NCBI GenBank assembly: GCA_047495785.1
Contig: JBLDXI010000023.1
Location: forward strand, 868,001 to 932,000
DNA: 64,000 bases
Direction of reading: 5' to 3'
From: Lepidodermella squamata
Taxonomy: Eukaryota; Animalia; Gastrotricha
In this document: positions 34,968 to 48,052 of the stretch, in pieces
Position numbering within the stretch: the stretch's first letter is position 1
How the letters are laid out: each line of letters starts with the position of its first letter
The notes under the pieces: model-generated
The model's database searches: none
What the model saw: the letters and a program-made list of their open reading frames with translations, nothing else
What the model was told of the DNA's origin: nothing
Translations under genes and position numbers: made by a program

Positions 34968-36110
34968 ATGTTTATATTCACCTTCCTCCTACTTTGTCTG
35001 TTCCATTACGACGGTACATGTGCAAATGCGACCGTATCGTTTAACCCAGCAGAGTTCCTACTATCTCGTTGTAGAATCGGCCGCGGAATCAATTCGCCAA
35101 CTGAATTGAAAGGGGTGTCAACAATGCTCAACCTGACATTTCGAGGCGACCGGTTTCGTGAAATCAACGATGTTACAGAAACAATGAGCATAGTTGGCGT
35201 GCTCATGGCTACCTGGCGGGACAACTGCGCCGCTGAAACTTTTCTTGAGCCTGACTGGCCTAAAATCGTCACTGTTGTTCGGGCTGATCCTGATGAATTC
35301 TGGATCCCAGATTTTATGAATGAAAACAGCGTTTCTAACATCGGCATGGAGCCTGGAGTTCAGGGCTCACTGAAACGGCTTGACGTCAGATTTCCCTATG
35401 GATTGTTCGTATATTTTTTCTATGGAATGTTCGAAACCACTTGCAATCTCCAGCTATATAAGTTCCCATTTGATAGTCAGAATTGTGAGATTAGGGTGAT
35501 GTTAAACGGCGACGAAGCTCACGTTGGAGTTGGCAGCCTCGAGTTGAGCTTCAGTCCATATTTCATGCCGGATAACAGTAACTGGCAGCTTAGCGGTGGT
35601 GGGATTCTCGTCGACTATGAGCCAAACCCTGTTGGAAATGACACGTTCCCATATGCAGTAATACGTTTTCGAATCGAAATGACGAGAAAACCAGATCACT
35701 TCTTGCTATGCCTCATCGCCCCGAGTTTCATCCTAAGCATCCTAGTTCTCGGGAGCTTTTTAGTGCCACCCGATTCCACGGACCGGCCGACATTTGCAGC
35801 TACAATAATGATGTCAATTTTCGTGCTTCAAAGCCAGATTTCGGCCGTTTTGCCACGAACCCCACGGCCTATTGTGCTATCTTACTACGTTTTGAGCCAG
35901 ACAATCTACGCAATGCTGTGCACGCTGCATTGCGGCGCGATTTGCATGCTTGTCAATCGATTTCCAAAAATAGCTAAGAGGCGAGTCGGAATCGTTTGTC
36001 AAGTGGCGAGATGGAAATTAGCCACAATAATCGATGTGGCAGCCTTCGCCATTTTCGTGTCTTTACTTTTCATCATAAATATATTATCGGCTATAGTAAT
36101 TCTTTTGTAA
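34968..36110 (+). CDS. Divergent Cys-loop LGIC subunit, subfamily E (single exon)
   Basis: Signal peptide; CNLQLYKFPFDSQNC; tandem paralog of 32888-34030. Confidence 0.93.
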   Translation: MFIFTFLLLCLFHYDGTCANATVSFNPAEFLLSRCRIGRGINSPTELKGVSTMLNLTFRGDRFREINDVTETMSIVGVLMATWRDNCAAETFLEPDWPKIVTVVRADPDEFWIPDFMNENSVSNIGMEPGVQGSLKRLDVRFPYGLFVYFFYGMFETTCNLQLYKFPFDSQNCEIRVMLNGDEAHVGVGSLELSFSPYFMPDNSNWQLSGGGILVDYEPNPVGNDTFPYAVIRFRIEMTRKPDHFLLCLIAPSFILSILVLGSFLVPPDSTDRPTFAATIMMSIFVLQSQISAVLPRTPRPIVLSYYVLSQTIYAMLCTLHCGAICMLVNRFPKIAKRRVGIVCQVARWKLATIIDVAAFAIFVSLLFIINILSAIVILL

Positions 36111-36602
36111 CCTCGGAAATGTTTTTGGAGCTTTGATATTGTCAGCGTCGATGAATTGCTCTGATTTAGGCTTGTCCACGTCAGTTTAAAGGGATGCATG
36201 AAGAAAAGCAAGGTTAAATTAAGGTTAATTGTCGATGCCTTTATATGTTCACCAAACAGGATAATATTTTTTTTGTTCAGTAAAAACATCCCGTGGAGAA
36301 AAAGATCTATGAAGTATGCCCATAAATCGAATAATTCTTTCACAAACATTATCAACATGCGACCAGGCTGAGCGATAGTTTATGATTCATGATTCATAAA
36401 ATGTGGACCCCTTGTATTATCGAATTTTTATGATTCGCAATAATTCATATATGCGTGAATTGGCGATTCAACAATTCTAACATGCTGGCCTAATATTTTG
36501 CTGATCGAACTCGTCAGACAGCTCCCTTAGGGATATAGCCCGAGCCAGCGTTCAATACCTCAAATCAAGCTTACAACCACTGAGCGCTTTTAAAACGTTA
36601 GA

Positions 36603-37751
36603 ATGGCACTGAAAAATGCACATGCAGCGCTGACTTCGGTCATAGTATTGTCTGCCTTTGTTATCCTGAGAGCCACGAAAGATGTCCAATTCAGGAATGC
36701 AACCGAAGTTATTCTTGAAAACTGTCACGTCGGTCCGACAATAAATTCGCCCCAGGAAAATGAGATGATTCCAACTCAGCTTACACTCGCCATGCAAGGC
36801 GATCGCTTTTTAGAAATCAGCGATACTGACGAGACCTTCGCGTTCGTTGGCTCGCTCTTTCAAACGTGGAATGTACCTTGTATCGGTCAGCTGTATAAAG
36901 ACCCAAGTTGGCCGAAGCATCTCTTTCAAATGACTAGGGAAAACCCGGATCTCTACTGGGCGCCAGATGTCCTCCACAGAAATAGCATTGCAGACGTTGG
37001 TCTAGAGAGCAGTTCGCTGAGCAAACGCCTTTCCATAGTCCTAACAGCGAGTATGTTTATAACCTACAGTTTCGGAACGTTTACCTCATATTGCGACCTG
37101 GATTTGTTCAAATTCCCCTTCGACTCACAAACTTGCTACGCCTATTTCATCCTGAACCAACAATCAAATTTTGTTAACATAACATACGCAAAATTTGAAT
37201 CGGTTTCAAAGTATTTTATGCCAGATAACGCGGCTTGGAGACTGGTGGAATTTAATGCATCTCATCAAAGTGAGCTAATGATTGTTCAAGGCTACGATTA
37301 TCCATTCTCGTCAGCGAAATTCTACATGACCTTCGAGAGAAAGCCCGCTTATGTCATGACAAATCTATTTGGACCCAGTTTCATTCTCAGCTTGTTAGAA
37401 CTATCGTCATTCTTAGTTCCAGGCGAAATGCCCGATCGGCCAACCTTCGCCTGCACTGTTATGCTGTCGATTTTCGTACTTCAGAGCCAGATAATGGCGA
37501 ATCTACCGAAAACACCAAAACCAATATTTTCTTCTTATTATGTTTTGGCTCAGTCCGGGTTTGCAATGTTATGCGCCATCTATGCCGCGGCAATGTGTTC
37601 GTTTCACTCGTTTTACCCGGATTTGGCCTGCAGCAAAATGAGTCTGTTCAAAAGTTGTCGAGTCTCTACTTTTATTGATTTTGTTGCATTTCATATTGCG
37701 TCAGCACTTTTGGTTATTCTGAATTTAACAGCAGTTGCTATTTTTGTGTGA
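36603..37751 (+). CDS. Divergent Cys-loop LGIC subunit, subfamily F (single exon)
   Basis: Signal peptide; YWAPDV; CDLDLFKFPFDSQTC; M2 PDRPTFACTVML. Confidence 0.93.
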   Translation: MALKNAHAALTSVIVLSAFVILRATKDVQFRNATEVILENCHVGPTINSPQENEMIPTQLTLAMQGDRFLEISDTDETFAFVGSLFQTWNVPCIGQLYKDPSWPKHLFQMTRENPDLYWAPDVLHRNSIADVGLESSSLSKRLSIVLTASMFITYSFGTFTSYCDLDLFKFPFDSQTCYAYFILNQQSNFVNITYAKFESVSKYFMPDNAAWRLVEFNASHQSELMIVQGYDYPFSSAKFYMTFERKPAYVMTNLFGPSFILSLLELSSFLVPGEMPDRPTFACTVMLSIFVLQSQIMANLPKTPKPIFSSYYVLAQSGFAMLCAIYAAAMCSFHSFYPDLACSKMSLFKSCRVSTFIDFVAFHIASALLVILNLTAVAIFV

Positions 37752-40700
37752 TTCAATAAAATTATTGATTCAGTAATATCTGTAACGGGAATGTCGAACG
37801 TGAACAATCGTCTCCTCTTGAATTCTCATCAAATAATTACGCATTACGCAATTTGAGGCATTGCTAGTTAGATCGTAGATCATTAATCATTAATCCTCTC
37901 ATGATATGGCCAAAAATGAAAAATGAACCGAAGTTTTGGAAGTCAGTTAATGCAACAGTGTCATAGTTCATAATAAGAAGTTTCAGTAGAAGTAAGAATT
38001 ACACGGTTTGTCTTTTATTTAATGAACTATTCCACTCATGATTAAGGGACTGCTCTGGACGTGGCGTTGAAGCTATACTGAGGCTAATCAGCGTGCGACT
38101 TTCAGGGGCAGGGGGGCAGGGGGATGATTCCCCCAGCTCGGCCGGGCTAGACAACAAAATGAGAGTTTATCCTACTGTTTCGTTAATTATGCGAGGCTTT
38201 TGAGCGTGTTTAAGTGGAAAGTCTTAGAAATTGTCTCGCTTCACTGTAAAGATTGAGTTTTGATGTTTAAAATATAATAAAATTTTACCCACTGTGGTAC
38301 TTACGCATAAAGGCGACCTGACCTAGATTGTACCGCCTTTGATGATTTTACCTGACTATTTAAGCGCTCGCTTTAAGCGCTCTAGCTTCAGTGTTCGTAT
38401 ATTGTAGTTTGGTAATAAAGATGATTTTGCGCGACTTCTATTTTGCCATTATACGAGTACTCTAAATAATAACAAACGAGGTTTGTTACATTCACTCGCT
38501 TGACAAAAACATCCAACAATTTTTTTCCATCCCTGTCAGCTCCGGGATCGTAGATCACACGCTGATCGTGAAGATGAAACTGTGGATTCGTCTGATGAGG
38601 GAAAAATCTAAAAATCCTTCAAGCGCCCCGCACATTTTCAGCTACAGTGCAAGTTTCAAAGCTTTTGGGCTGCATCCGGGGCTGTGAATACCCACAAGAT
38701 CCCACCTCGAGTATCCTACGTCTAACCGTATCAAGACATCCTGAAAAGCAAAAATGTCGCACCTTCTCGATCGCAATCAGCCCTAGATGACAGAACGTAC
38801 AACTTAACTGGGCGACATAGAGATCAGATTAAACTTAATTAGCCTTCTTAAAAAATGCGAAATTACTTTTTGTAGAGAGTTTTCAGCATAAGTTTCCTAT
38901 CTTGTTAATCTGATCTCTATCACTAGGAAAATAATCTAGCATTTTAGCTAAAGAAAAGCTATCGCCTCTAATAATGCTTCCTACGTACCCTTATTCAGCT
39001 TTTTTGAACATTCATCAGCTATTTATGTAGTTTGGCTATTTCGTTTCTTGCCTGTCGTGTCTCAGCGTAACAATGGGTCGCAATCGATCGAGGTTTTTTT
39101 CAGCTCTTCAATTTACTCTTCAACAATGCAAAAGAACCAGGGGGTTAATGTGTTAATTGAATGTTTATTTTTCGCGCTGCATTAGTTAGGCAAGATGTTG
39201 AAGCTCGTGCTAGCCGGAGAAAGTTGTTCTGATTTTTACCCAAATTTTAGAGAATATTATAAATTAAAAAAATCTTTTGGTAACAATAATTATGGATTAA
39301 ATCGGCAAGTCATACCTGGCGTCAATTCGATTTGAAATTATTCCATTGAGGACTCCGTGGGTTCTACTTGCTGTAACTGCTAAGAACGTAGCATTTTCAA
39401 AACGATAATAGCGAAAATAACTATTTTTTACTTATGTGTGTATGAATGAGAAACGAATGAAATGTAGCTTCGAGTAGCAATCAGAAAGGGTCGCGGCCGT
39501 TGTTGTGTAACTTTTTTATGTCACAGGCTTCAATTCGCAGTCCATCGATAGCTATTTATCTATGGTTTTTAGCTAATATTAAGCCCAAGCACAGCATAGA
39601 CTTTTTAGCTAGCTTTGGCTTAATGGAATTGGCTGAATAGATAAACATTTTTCCAAGTGATATGCTGTGCGAAATATCTTTATCATTTTTCTTCGCAACT
39701 CAACCTTCTCGACGCTTCGCCACTGCGTTAATTCTCTCGCCTTAGCTCAGGCGTAGGACAATTGTTTTATCTTGTCGCTGTCAATTTCTCATCTCAGTGC
39801 ATGAGAAAAAGTTCAATTTGTTGAATCAGTCGCTCCGCTGCCGTTTGTCAACCTTGAAAAGCGCGCTTAATATTATCATTCCATTTAGACACGCAGTCAT
39901 AAGGCGATGTAAGTGTAAACATAACATTACACCATCATCTTAATTGTATATTTTCCTTCTTTTGCAAGATATATGATACAGAACAAGGATTAACAACAAG
40001 GAATAGCGAATAGGAAGGAAAAATTATAAAATAAAATTCACCCCGGTGTACACAGCCCGCCTAGCGCAGTTTATTTTTATCCACACGCTAGACGAACCGA
40101 GTGTAAGTTTAAACATCAGGCGTAATGTTGACGTAGAGACGGAATGATAGGCAAAGGGCTCATCGAGAAGCTCATCCATGCTCAGTTCATTATTCAAGTC
40201 TTATTTCTTCTTGATAAAGTGAATATTTTTTTTTAATTGTCAACTACTCATGGCAGCTAAGCTTGCGTTGGCGATCGTCGTTTTGGTGAGAAGCCTTTCA
40301 ATTCACTCATACACCCTTCATAGCCAAACGTTATAATCCTCATAGGCCTCTGTCAATCTTATGGCATCGGCACATTAGGAAGGGGAATCTTGCCTTATTG
40401 CCGGCGTTATTCCAGGCAAATGGGTTAGAAACGCACATCATACACTCAGTTGCACCCCGTCATCTGGCCGCGAGGAGTCGCAATCGGCACAGTTGCCTCG
40501 AAGCCGGGCAAATATGTTATAGACCGCAAATCTGGTAACCTGACTTGCAGGCGGGTTGCCAGACGTTAATAGAAAGCATGGAAGCTATTGGGTAGACTCG
40601 CAAGCGGAATCGGAAAGGCTGCCGGTTGCGATGAAGAGAGAGCAGCACGCTTGTAAATGTTATCATACACTGTCAACTATTCGTGATGCGAGGTTGCAAT

Positions 40701-41143
40701 AAAAATGAGGGATACTAACGGCGGGGGAAGGTTGTTGATCTGAGGTTTACATTTGGGTAACAACTCAATGAAACTGGCTTTCAAATTCGCTATTTGAGTG
40801 CTGAATTATGCAATTTGAACATCATAGCAGTTGGAAGCAGTTGGAATACAACGTTGGCTCTTTTTATTCCTCGTAATTTTCTGGTCGCTAACTTTTGAAG
40901 CTAACCTTGAAACGGAAAGATTAAAGCTAAATAGAAATAAGGCTTCATAGAGAACGTAGTGATCACTAAGTTCTCTAAGCAAGTAATAAAGGAGGGTCTT
41001 CAGTGATGTAACTACATCCCTTTGTTATAAATATTGCTTGACGGTTTTGCAACCCCATTACCGCACCACCACACGACATACAATTAACGATGGCATTAAC
41101 AACGGATGTTGACCCTGCAACACCTAACTAAAATGACTGTTAC

Positions 41144-41831
41144 TGCCTAAAATCGTCACTGTTGTTCGGGCTGACCCTGACCAGTTCTGGACCCCTGATT
41201 TCATGAACGGAAACAGCGTTTCTAACATCGGGATGGAGCATGGAGTTCAGGGCTCACAGAAACGGCTCGACATCGTATTTCCCTATGGAATGTTTGTTTG
41301 CTTTTTCAATGGATTGTTCGAGACAACATGCAATCTCAACCTGCTTGGATTTCCGCTGTAGAGTCAGACTTCTCGTCGATTATGAGCCAAACTCTTGGGA
41401 ATGAAACATTTTCGCACGCAATCATACTTTTTTCGAATTGAAATGACGAGGAAGCCAGATCGCCGCAAGCTTCATCCTGGTTCTCGAGAGCTTTTTAGTG
41501 CCACCCGATGCCACAGATCGGCCGAAATTTGCTGCTACGATGACTATGTCGATTTTCTTGCTTCAGAGCCAGATTGCAGCCGTTTTACCACGAACCCCAC
41601 GGCCCGTTGTGCTATCCATCTACGTGTTGAGCCAGACCATATACGCAATGCTTTGCACGCCTCACTGCGTATGCGTACATGCTTGTTAATCAATTTCCAA
41701 AAATTAGCTGATAGTCGAGTCGGAATCGGTTCTCAAGTGGCCAGATGGAAATTAGCCACAGTTATTGATTTGGCAGCCTTCGCGGTCTTTGTGGTTCTCA
41801 TTCTTCATCAATATTATCATCTCTGCTACTG
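41144..41831 (+). pseudogene. Decayed, 5'-truncated copy of the subfamily E LGIC gene 34968-36110
   Basis: cctaaaatcgtcactgttgttcgggctga matches ~35198; TAG within the Cys-loop, internal deletions, and M2 (DRPKFAATMTMSIF) and M4 (RWKLATVIDLAAF) in different frames. Confidence 0.9.
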
Positions 41832-42368
41832 ATTCTGATTTTTTTTTACAGATGTTTTTGATATAATCAGCGTCTTTCAATTGCTTTGATTGACAGTTGT
41901 CCACAACGAATTGAACTGGACACTTGTAGAGTGAATAGAGGAATTGCTTTATTATTTGCTAGTTTCCCCTTAATCCTTATAACCTTCTACCGACATCTGC
42001 AAGGAAATTGTAATAATGCCTGCATAGTGAAAGGTTCAAATGAATCTAGAACGCCATTTCCTCATCAATCATCAAACATGCTCATTCGAAGTGGCGCTTC
42101 ACTATCAACCAGCCCTATTGCCATATGCCATATTAGCTGATCCAATATCCCTATTTTTTATTGATGAAATTTGGAATCCTTACATTATCGAATTTTAAAT
42201 TCGTAACGATTCGTGTATGCAATGCGATGACAAATCTTTAAAATTCGAACTTGCTGCCTAATTTGTTGTTGATCGAGCTAGTCAGACAGCTCCCTGAGGA
42301 ATATAGCCCGCGCCAGTGTTCAATACTTCAAAGCATGTTTACAACCACTGCACGTTTTTTAATTTAGA

Positions 42369-44450
42369 ATGGCACAGAAAAAAGCACAAAAAGCGATTAT
42401 TTTTGTAATCACGGTATTTTCTGCCTTATCTAGCCTGCGAGCAGCGAAAGATGATCAATTCCGAAATGCAACCGAAGTTATTCTTGAAAACTGCCATGTT
42501 GGCCGGGATATCAATTCCCCCCAGGAATTAGAGATGATCCCGACTCAGCTTACACTCGCCATGCAGGGCGATCGCTTTTTAGAAATCAGCGATACTGGCG
42601 AGACCTTCTCTTTTGTTGGCTCTCTCTTCCAAACATGGACTGTACCTTGTATCGGTCAGCTGTATAAAAGCCCAAGTTGGCCGAAGCGCCTTTATCAAAT
42701 GACAAGGCAGAACCCTGATCTCTACTGGGCGCCCGATATCCTCCACAGAAATAGCGTTGAAGACGTTGGATTACAAAGTAATTCGCTGAGCAAACGGCTT
42801 TCAATAGTGCTACTAGCGAGTATGTTTATAACCTACAGTTTCGGAACTTTCACATCATATTGCGACATGGATTTGTTCAAATTCCCATTCGACTCACAAA
42901 CTTGTTACGCCTATTTCATCCTGAACCAACAGTCGAATTTTGTTAACATTACTCACGCAAATTTTGAATCGGTTTCGAAGTATTTCATGCCGGATAACGC
43001 AGCTTGGAGACTGGTGGAATTTAATGCATCTCATCAGAGTGAGCTAATGATTGTTCAAGGCTACGATTATCCATTCTCGTCAGCAAAATTCTACATGACC
43101 TTCGAGAGAAAACCCGCTTATGTTATGACGAATCTATTCGGGCCAAGTTTTATCCTCAGCTTGTTAGAACTATCGTCATTCTTAGTTCCAGGCGAAATGC
43201 CCGATCGGCCAACCTTTGCCTGCACTGTTATGCTGTCGATTTTCGTTCTTCAGAGCCAGATAATGGCGAATCTACCGAAAACACCCAAACCCATCTTTTC
43301 TTCTTACTACAGTATGGGGCATAAATATTGAGCCGACTTTATTCATTCACAGCGAAGTCATTTCGGCTCCGATTCTCACATTCCTTACACCGTTGAAAAG
43401 CCCGTGAAGAATGGTTTATTCCCCTGAAATATTGCTCAAGGGATCCGGACCGAATCCAAGTTATAGCAAATTAAAGAAGCCGTGTTGATCGCACAAAAAT
43501 CACAATCTTTCAAAAATTTAAATTCTAGTTTTCGTACAAATCAATGGCAAACTCTGGACGCTCCCAAACCCTAAAAAATTGGCGCATCACTACCCGGGCA
43601 TGCCCCAGGCATCTCCGGCAATGATTTGGGACATTGATTTATGCCCCATTGCGACGCGATGATGAGATAAAGAGAAGGTATACCATATAGGCACACACCC
43701 CCAATACGAGCCAGATAAGCGAGAGCCCAGTCCAGTGATAAAGAGCAGATAGATCATTTTTCACTCAGAGGGTTAGAAGTCAACTTCAACAATTAATTTG
43801 AGACAACTTTGGCATGAAATAAGGCCTCTACAACAACACGTAGCAAGCTCGCAAACAATTGAAAAAGCTGAAGCTTGTTATCCGTAGCTAGCGCAATTCT
43901 TTTCTGACACAAATTTTGGCGAAAAACGACCTTTTTCGTGAGGTTCATGGCTATCTGGGTAATTTTACAGCTAGCCCAGTTGAATTAGGGACTTTTTACA
44001 GCTCAATTGATCTCAAAACTCACTTAGTTATAAAATAAAATTTCGTGATTTTGATCAACAAGCTCAACTTCTTAAACTTGCTATAACTTGGATTCGGTCC
44101 GGATCCCTTGAGCGAAATTTTAGGGGAATAAACTAATTTTCATGGGCTTTCTGACGGTAAAAGGTATGTGAGAATCGGAGCCGAAATGACCGCGCGGTGA
44201 ATGAATAAAGTCGGCTCAATATTTATGCCCCATACTGTATGTTTTGGCTCAGTCCGGGTTCGCAATGCTATGCGCCATCTATGCCGCGGCAATGTGTTCG
44301 TTTCACTCGTTTTACCCGGATTTGGCCTGCAGCAAAATGAGTCTGTTCAAAAGTTGTCGAGTCTCTACTTTTATTGATTTTGTTGCATTTCATATTGCTT
44401 CAGCACTTCTGGTTATTCTGAATTTAACAGCAGTTGCTATTTTCGTATGA
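42369..44450 (+). pseudogene. Subfamily F LGIC gene interrupted at the start of M3 by a MITE
   Basis: Near-identical to 36603-37751; removing 43310-44237 and one TA restores SSYYVLAQSGF in frame; as present the frame stops at 43331. Confidence 0.9.
43310..44237. mobile_element. Non-autonomous Tc1/mariner-type element (MITE), 928 bp
   Basis: TA target duplication (43308-9 and 44238-9); termini CAGTATGGGGCATAAATATTGAGCCGAC; imperfect TIR of 160 bp or more; no ORF. Confidence 0.93.
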
Positions 44451-45513
44451 TTAAAGAAGTAAAAGGAATGTGTTGGCATATTTTCCCTTGACATCAAATT
44501 TGCATATCTTCGAGCCAAGGGGCGATAATTCCACCTATTTTCTGATTGAAAGCCTGTCGAAGGGGAATCATCTCCCCTATCGCAACGCAAACCAATCATA
44601 ATTAATAATTTTTGATGCGAGAAAATAGCATGAATAAATGCTGTTATTTACACAATATAGGCACTATTTTTAGGCATCCGCCCGTTAACAAGCCAAAAGC
44701 AGGCACAGTTTCACGAGTGGACTGTATGAGCAAGTCATTTTGATAGATGCAGCGCTAATTCTTACCAATATCGATAGCTGCAATCACGATCTTTGCGATA
44801 GTGCCAAGTTAAAAATTCTCTGACTGTGCAATAATTTTATTCTGAATTTTAATCGAAAATAACCATTTTTTGAGGGAATAAAATTGGGAAAAAATGTTAT
44901 TTTCTGATTTTCTGATTAATGAGCCATGAATATTATCTAGTATTTTTTTCTGAATGAATCAGCGTAAATGATTTTCATCTATTTTTAGAAATTTCAACTA
45001 ATTCTGTTAGAAACATAACACACACTCACAGCAGGTCAGGATTTATGCCGTGGCAAAGATCCTCTCACGTAGAATTCAGTAATGTAAATTTCAACGCAAT
45101 CCAATCCAAAGGTGAGGTGTGATACGGTACCAACGGGACGATACTTCAATTCTTCCCATGTAATGGGTCCATGCGTAAAAAAAGTTCTTATAAAACGTCC
45201 CACGCACTCACACCAAGTAAGTTTTAGGGTTTGATAGATTCTTCCTGATATAATAGATTCACCAGCTTACTAGCAACAGATTCAAGGGAGATACAAATAA
45301 TAAAAGCGACAAATATTTGGTGATGAGGAAATTGAAACTCACATGTTCTGACAGCCAATAATTCAAATTTTTTTTACGAAATTTTGCATTCGTCATAGTA
45401 CTGTATGGGTGCTTTGTGATGAATCGAGGAGGAAATTGCTATCGGCGTTCAATATATCAGTAAAAATTGTCATCTGGCAACATTTCTTCTAGTATTTTCC
45501 ATTTCACACTATC

Positions 45514-46704
45514 ATGGCTTTTTTGGCTATTCAAGCATATATCATCATTTCCATGTGGCGAACTGCCTTGGGTGTGCCAGCCAACAATGACAGCATTTGG
45601 ACGTTCAATCCAACTTCAACAATTCTAAGCAACTGCAGGATAGGACCGACAGCCAATTCGCCGACTGAATTAGAAGAAGAGTCCACCTCAATCTATTTAT
45701 TGCTAAAACCAACACGCTTAGATAATATCGATGACGTGTCCGAAAGTTTTATCATTTCTGCGAAACTTTACATCACTTATGAATCAAAATGCGTCGCCGA
45801 TCTGTACCGAAACAAATCGCGTGTTGGGAACACGGAGTGGCCGAGAAAAATAGCTCACCTGTCAATGGAAGATCCTAGTCAGTACTGGTATCCAAAAGCA
45901 TTGTCGCACGAAAATTCGGTCGGCAGCACAACAATGGTCGAAGGCTTTGATCGATTCACATTCGTATACCCTGAATTTGGCAAAGTTACACATGGCATCT
46001 CGGGAAAATTTGCGTCCTACTGCAGTTTGGACATGACTTACTTCCCTTTCGATAAGCAAACGTGTAGTATCGAATTAATCCTAGGGCAAGGCGACGTATT
46101 CTCAAAAATCGACGGTGCCGAGTTCTTTCCGTACGAATATGACAATACTGCCTTCATGAAAGAAAACTCCGGCTGGGAGCATAACGTTTCGCAACGATCC
46201 GTGATGTTTGGCGTTCAATTACACAGCCCATCGACCAATTTTTCAAGGGCTACTTTCAGCTTCGTATTCAAACGGAAACCTGAATATTACTTGACATATC
46301 TTTTCGGGCCATCCGTGCTTCTCGCAGTATTGATCCTATCGTCATTTCTCATCCCGGCCGAGGTTCCAGATCGACCTGTTTTCGCTTGTACGGTCATGTT
46401 GTCTATATTTGTTCTTCAAAATAACCTACAGGCGTATTTGCCGAAAAGCCCAAAGCCGATGGCTGCCGGAATTTTCAACTTGTCACAAGCCGTCCTCGCT
46501 ACGCTGTGCATCATTTACGAATCCATGATGTGCGGTTTCATCGCTTTATTGCCAGATATTGCTGGTAAAAAGTTGCCGATTCTTGGTGGAACAATATCTT
46601 GCTATTTTGATATCGATGTCGTAGTGTTTTCATTCTCCCTTCTTGCATATTTAACGTCATATGTGGTGATTAGTATAATTCTGTTGCAGCGTCCTGAATT
46701 CTAG
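45514..46704 (+). CDS. Divergent Cys-loop LGIC subunit, subfamily G (single exon)
   Basis: Signal peptide; YWYP; CSLDMTYFPFDKQTC; M2 PDRPVFACTVML. Confidence 0.93.
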   Translation: MAFLAIQAYIIISMWRTALGVPANNDSIWTFNPTSTILSNCRIGPTANSPTELEEESTSIYLLLKPTRLDNIDDVSESFIISAKLYITYESKCVADLYRNKSRVGNTEWPRKIAHLSMEDPSQYWYPKALSHENSVGSTTMVEGFDRFTFVYPEFGKVTHGISGKFASYCSLDMTYFPFDKQTCSIELILGQGDVFSKIDGAEFFPYEYDNTAFMKENSGWEHNVSQRSVMFGVQLHSPSTNFSRATFSFVFKRKPEYYLTYLFGPSVLLAVLILSSFLIPAEVPDRPVFACTVMLSIFVLQNNLQAYLPKSPKPMAAGIFNLSQAVLATLCIIYESMMCGFIALLPDIAGKKLPILGGTISCYFDIDVVVFSFSLLAYLTSYVVISIILLQRPEF

Positions 46705-46944
46705 TAAGCTGGAGCTGAACGAACGTAAAACACTCGTTTCAACTTCTCTTGCTGCCTTCAGTTGTGATTGCATTTCACATTTACGGATCCGCCGTGGGTT
46801 TCCGCTAACGAATTTTAATGAATTCCGGTTATCTGCACAGTATATTTTTGAATTGACTAAGCAGTTTAATTCGCATAACAATTGTTTCTAGAATTGTTGA
46901 CGTTTAAAGAAATAAAAGCTGCGAAAACATTTTTCTGTTACTTA

Positions 46945-47560
46945 GGGGTCACGCCGATTTCTATTTTCGTGGACACAGCGTGCCTCGCCGTGCCTCGCTG
47001 TGCCACGATGTGTTAAAACAAGTCCAAACGTGTCCTAGAGCTCTCAGGAAGCTCCTGAGCCATCATATGGGGTGAAAATGTGCTGCAGATGTTCTGAAGA
47101 CCTAATACAGGTTAAGGAGTCCGCTCATTATCGATTATCGATTATAGGTGATAACCAATCAATCAGTCCACCAATTGCTTAATAATAATCAAAACACTCT
47201 GCATCATCAAGCCTTTTCCATCATTGACAGGGCAATCAAGGTTAGCAAGCATTTGAGGAATTGGTTATATCAAAAATCGAACAATCAGAATCGATAAGTG
47301 ATTGATTTTCGGTTATCGATTTGGTCATCTGGCTGAAGAAAAAATATGCTGCGCATATATATATATATATATGATCGTTTGTAGCTGCTGCTCTGAACCT
47401 TCTTTTACTTTCTATAGCATCGAGGCATAGACATCCCGATTATTTATATCGATTATCGATTATTGATTATCGATTATGGATTATTGATTATCGATTATCG
47501 ATTTTGTTGCAGAATATGTTTCCAATCTAAAAAACTGCTCACCTCGCTCGTAACGTGTTA
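46945..47560. repeat. Left TIR of the Zator element
   Basis: Reverse complement of 55402-56004; differs mainly in (TA)n and GATTATC repeat counts. Confidence 0.95.
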
Positions 47561-48052
47561 TTGGCTCAGCAAACAGAATGTATGACTAGCTCGGCTGCGG
47601 ATCAGTAATTAATTGCTCCTAAACGAATATGCCTGTGTCCGTAGCACTTGGAAATTTTATGGCGATAAGCCAAAAAGACGCGTCTCCAAGACAACATTAT
47701 AATGTAGATTTGTTTTTTAAATTTAATATTACAACAGATAATAAGAAATTTAATTTTATGTTTGATAATTTTTGCGGGATTTTTTTTAGATCCCGAAACG
47801 AGCAACAGGTCATGTCGATCAGATCTTACGAAATCGTGAAACCTGATGATCCTCAGAGACCGGCTCGGAGACAAACTTCTGAATGAACTGATAAAAGCTG
47901 AACACGTGGACCGCCATCTACGCCCGTTGGATGGAAGAACGCCTTGAAGCGAATCCAACAAAATGAAACATATATACAGTCAAACGTTGTAGTTTTGCAA
48001 AGCGAAAAGCGAAAAGAACACAATAGCTGTGTGCGAAGCTGATGCGGAAAGT

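Noticed and set aside
37800-41140. Possible decayed coding or TE sequence in the 3.3-kb gap
   Set aside because: No ORF of 60 aa or more and no recognisable motif in the stretches translated.
43310-44252. MITE spliced out as an intron, rescuing the gene
   Set aside because: The GTATGG donor at 43312 is phase 1 while the nearest downstream acceptor (GCTCAG, 44252) is phase 0, so splicing would shift the frame.
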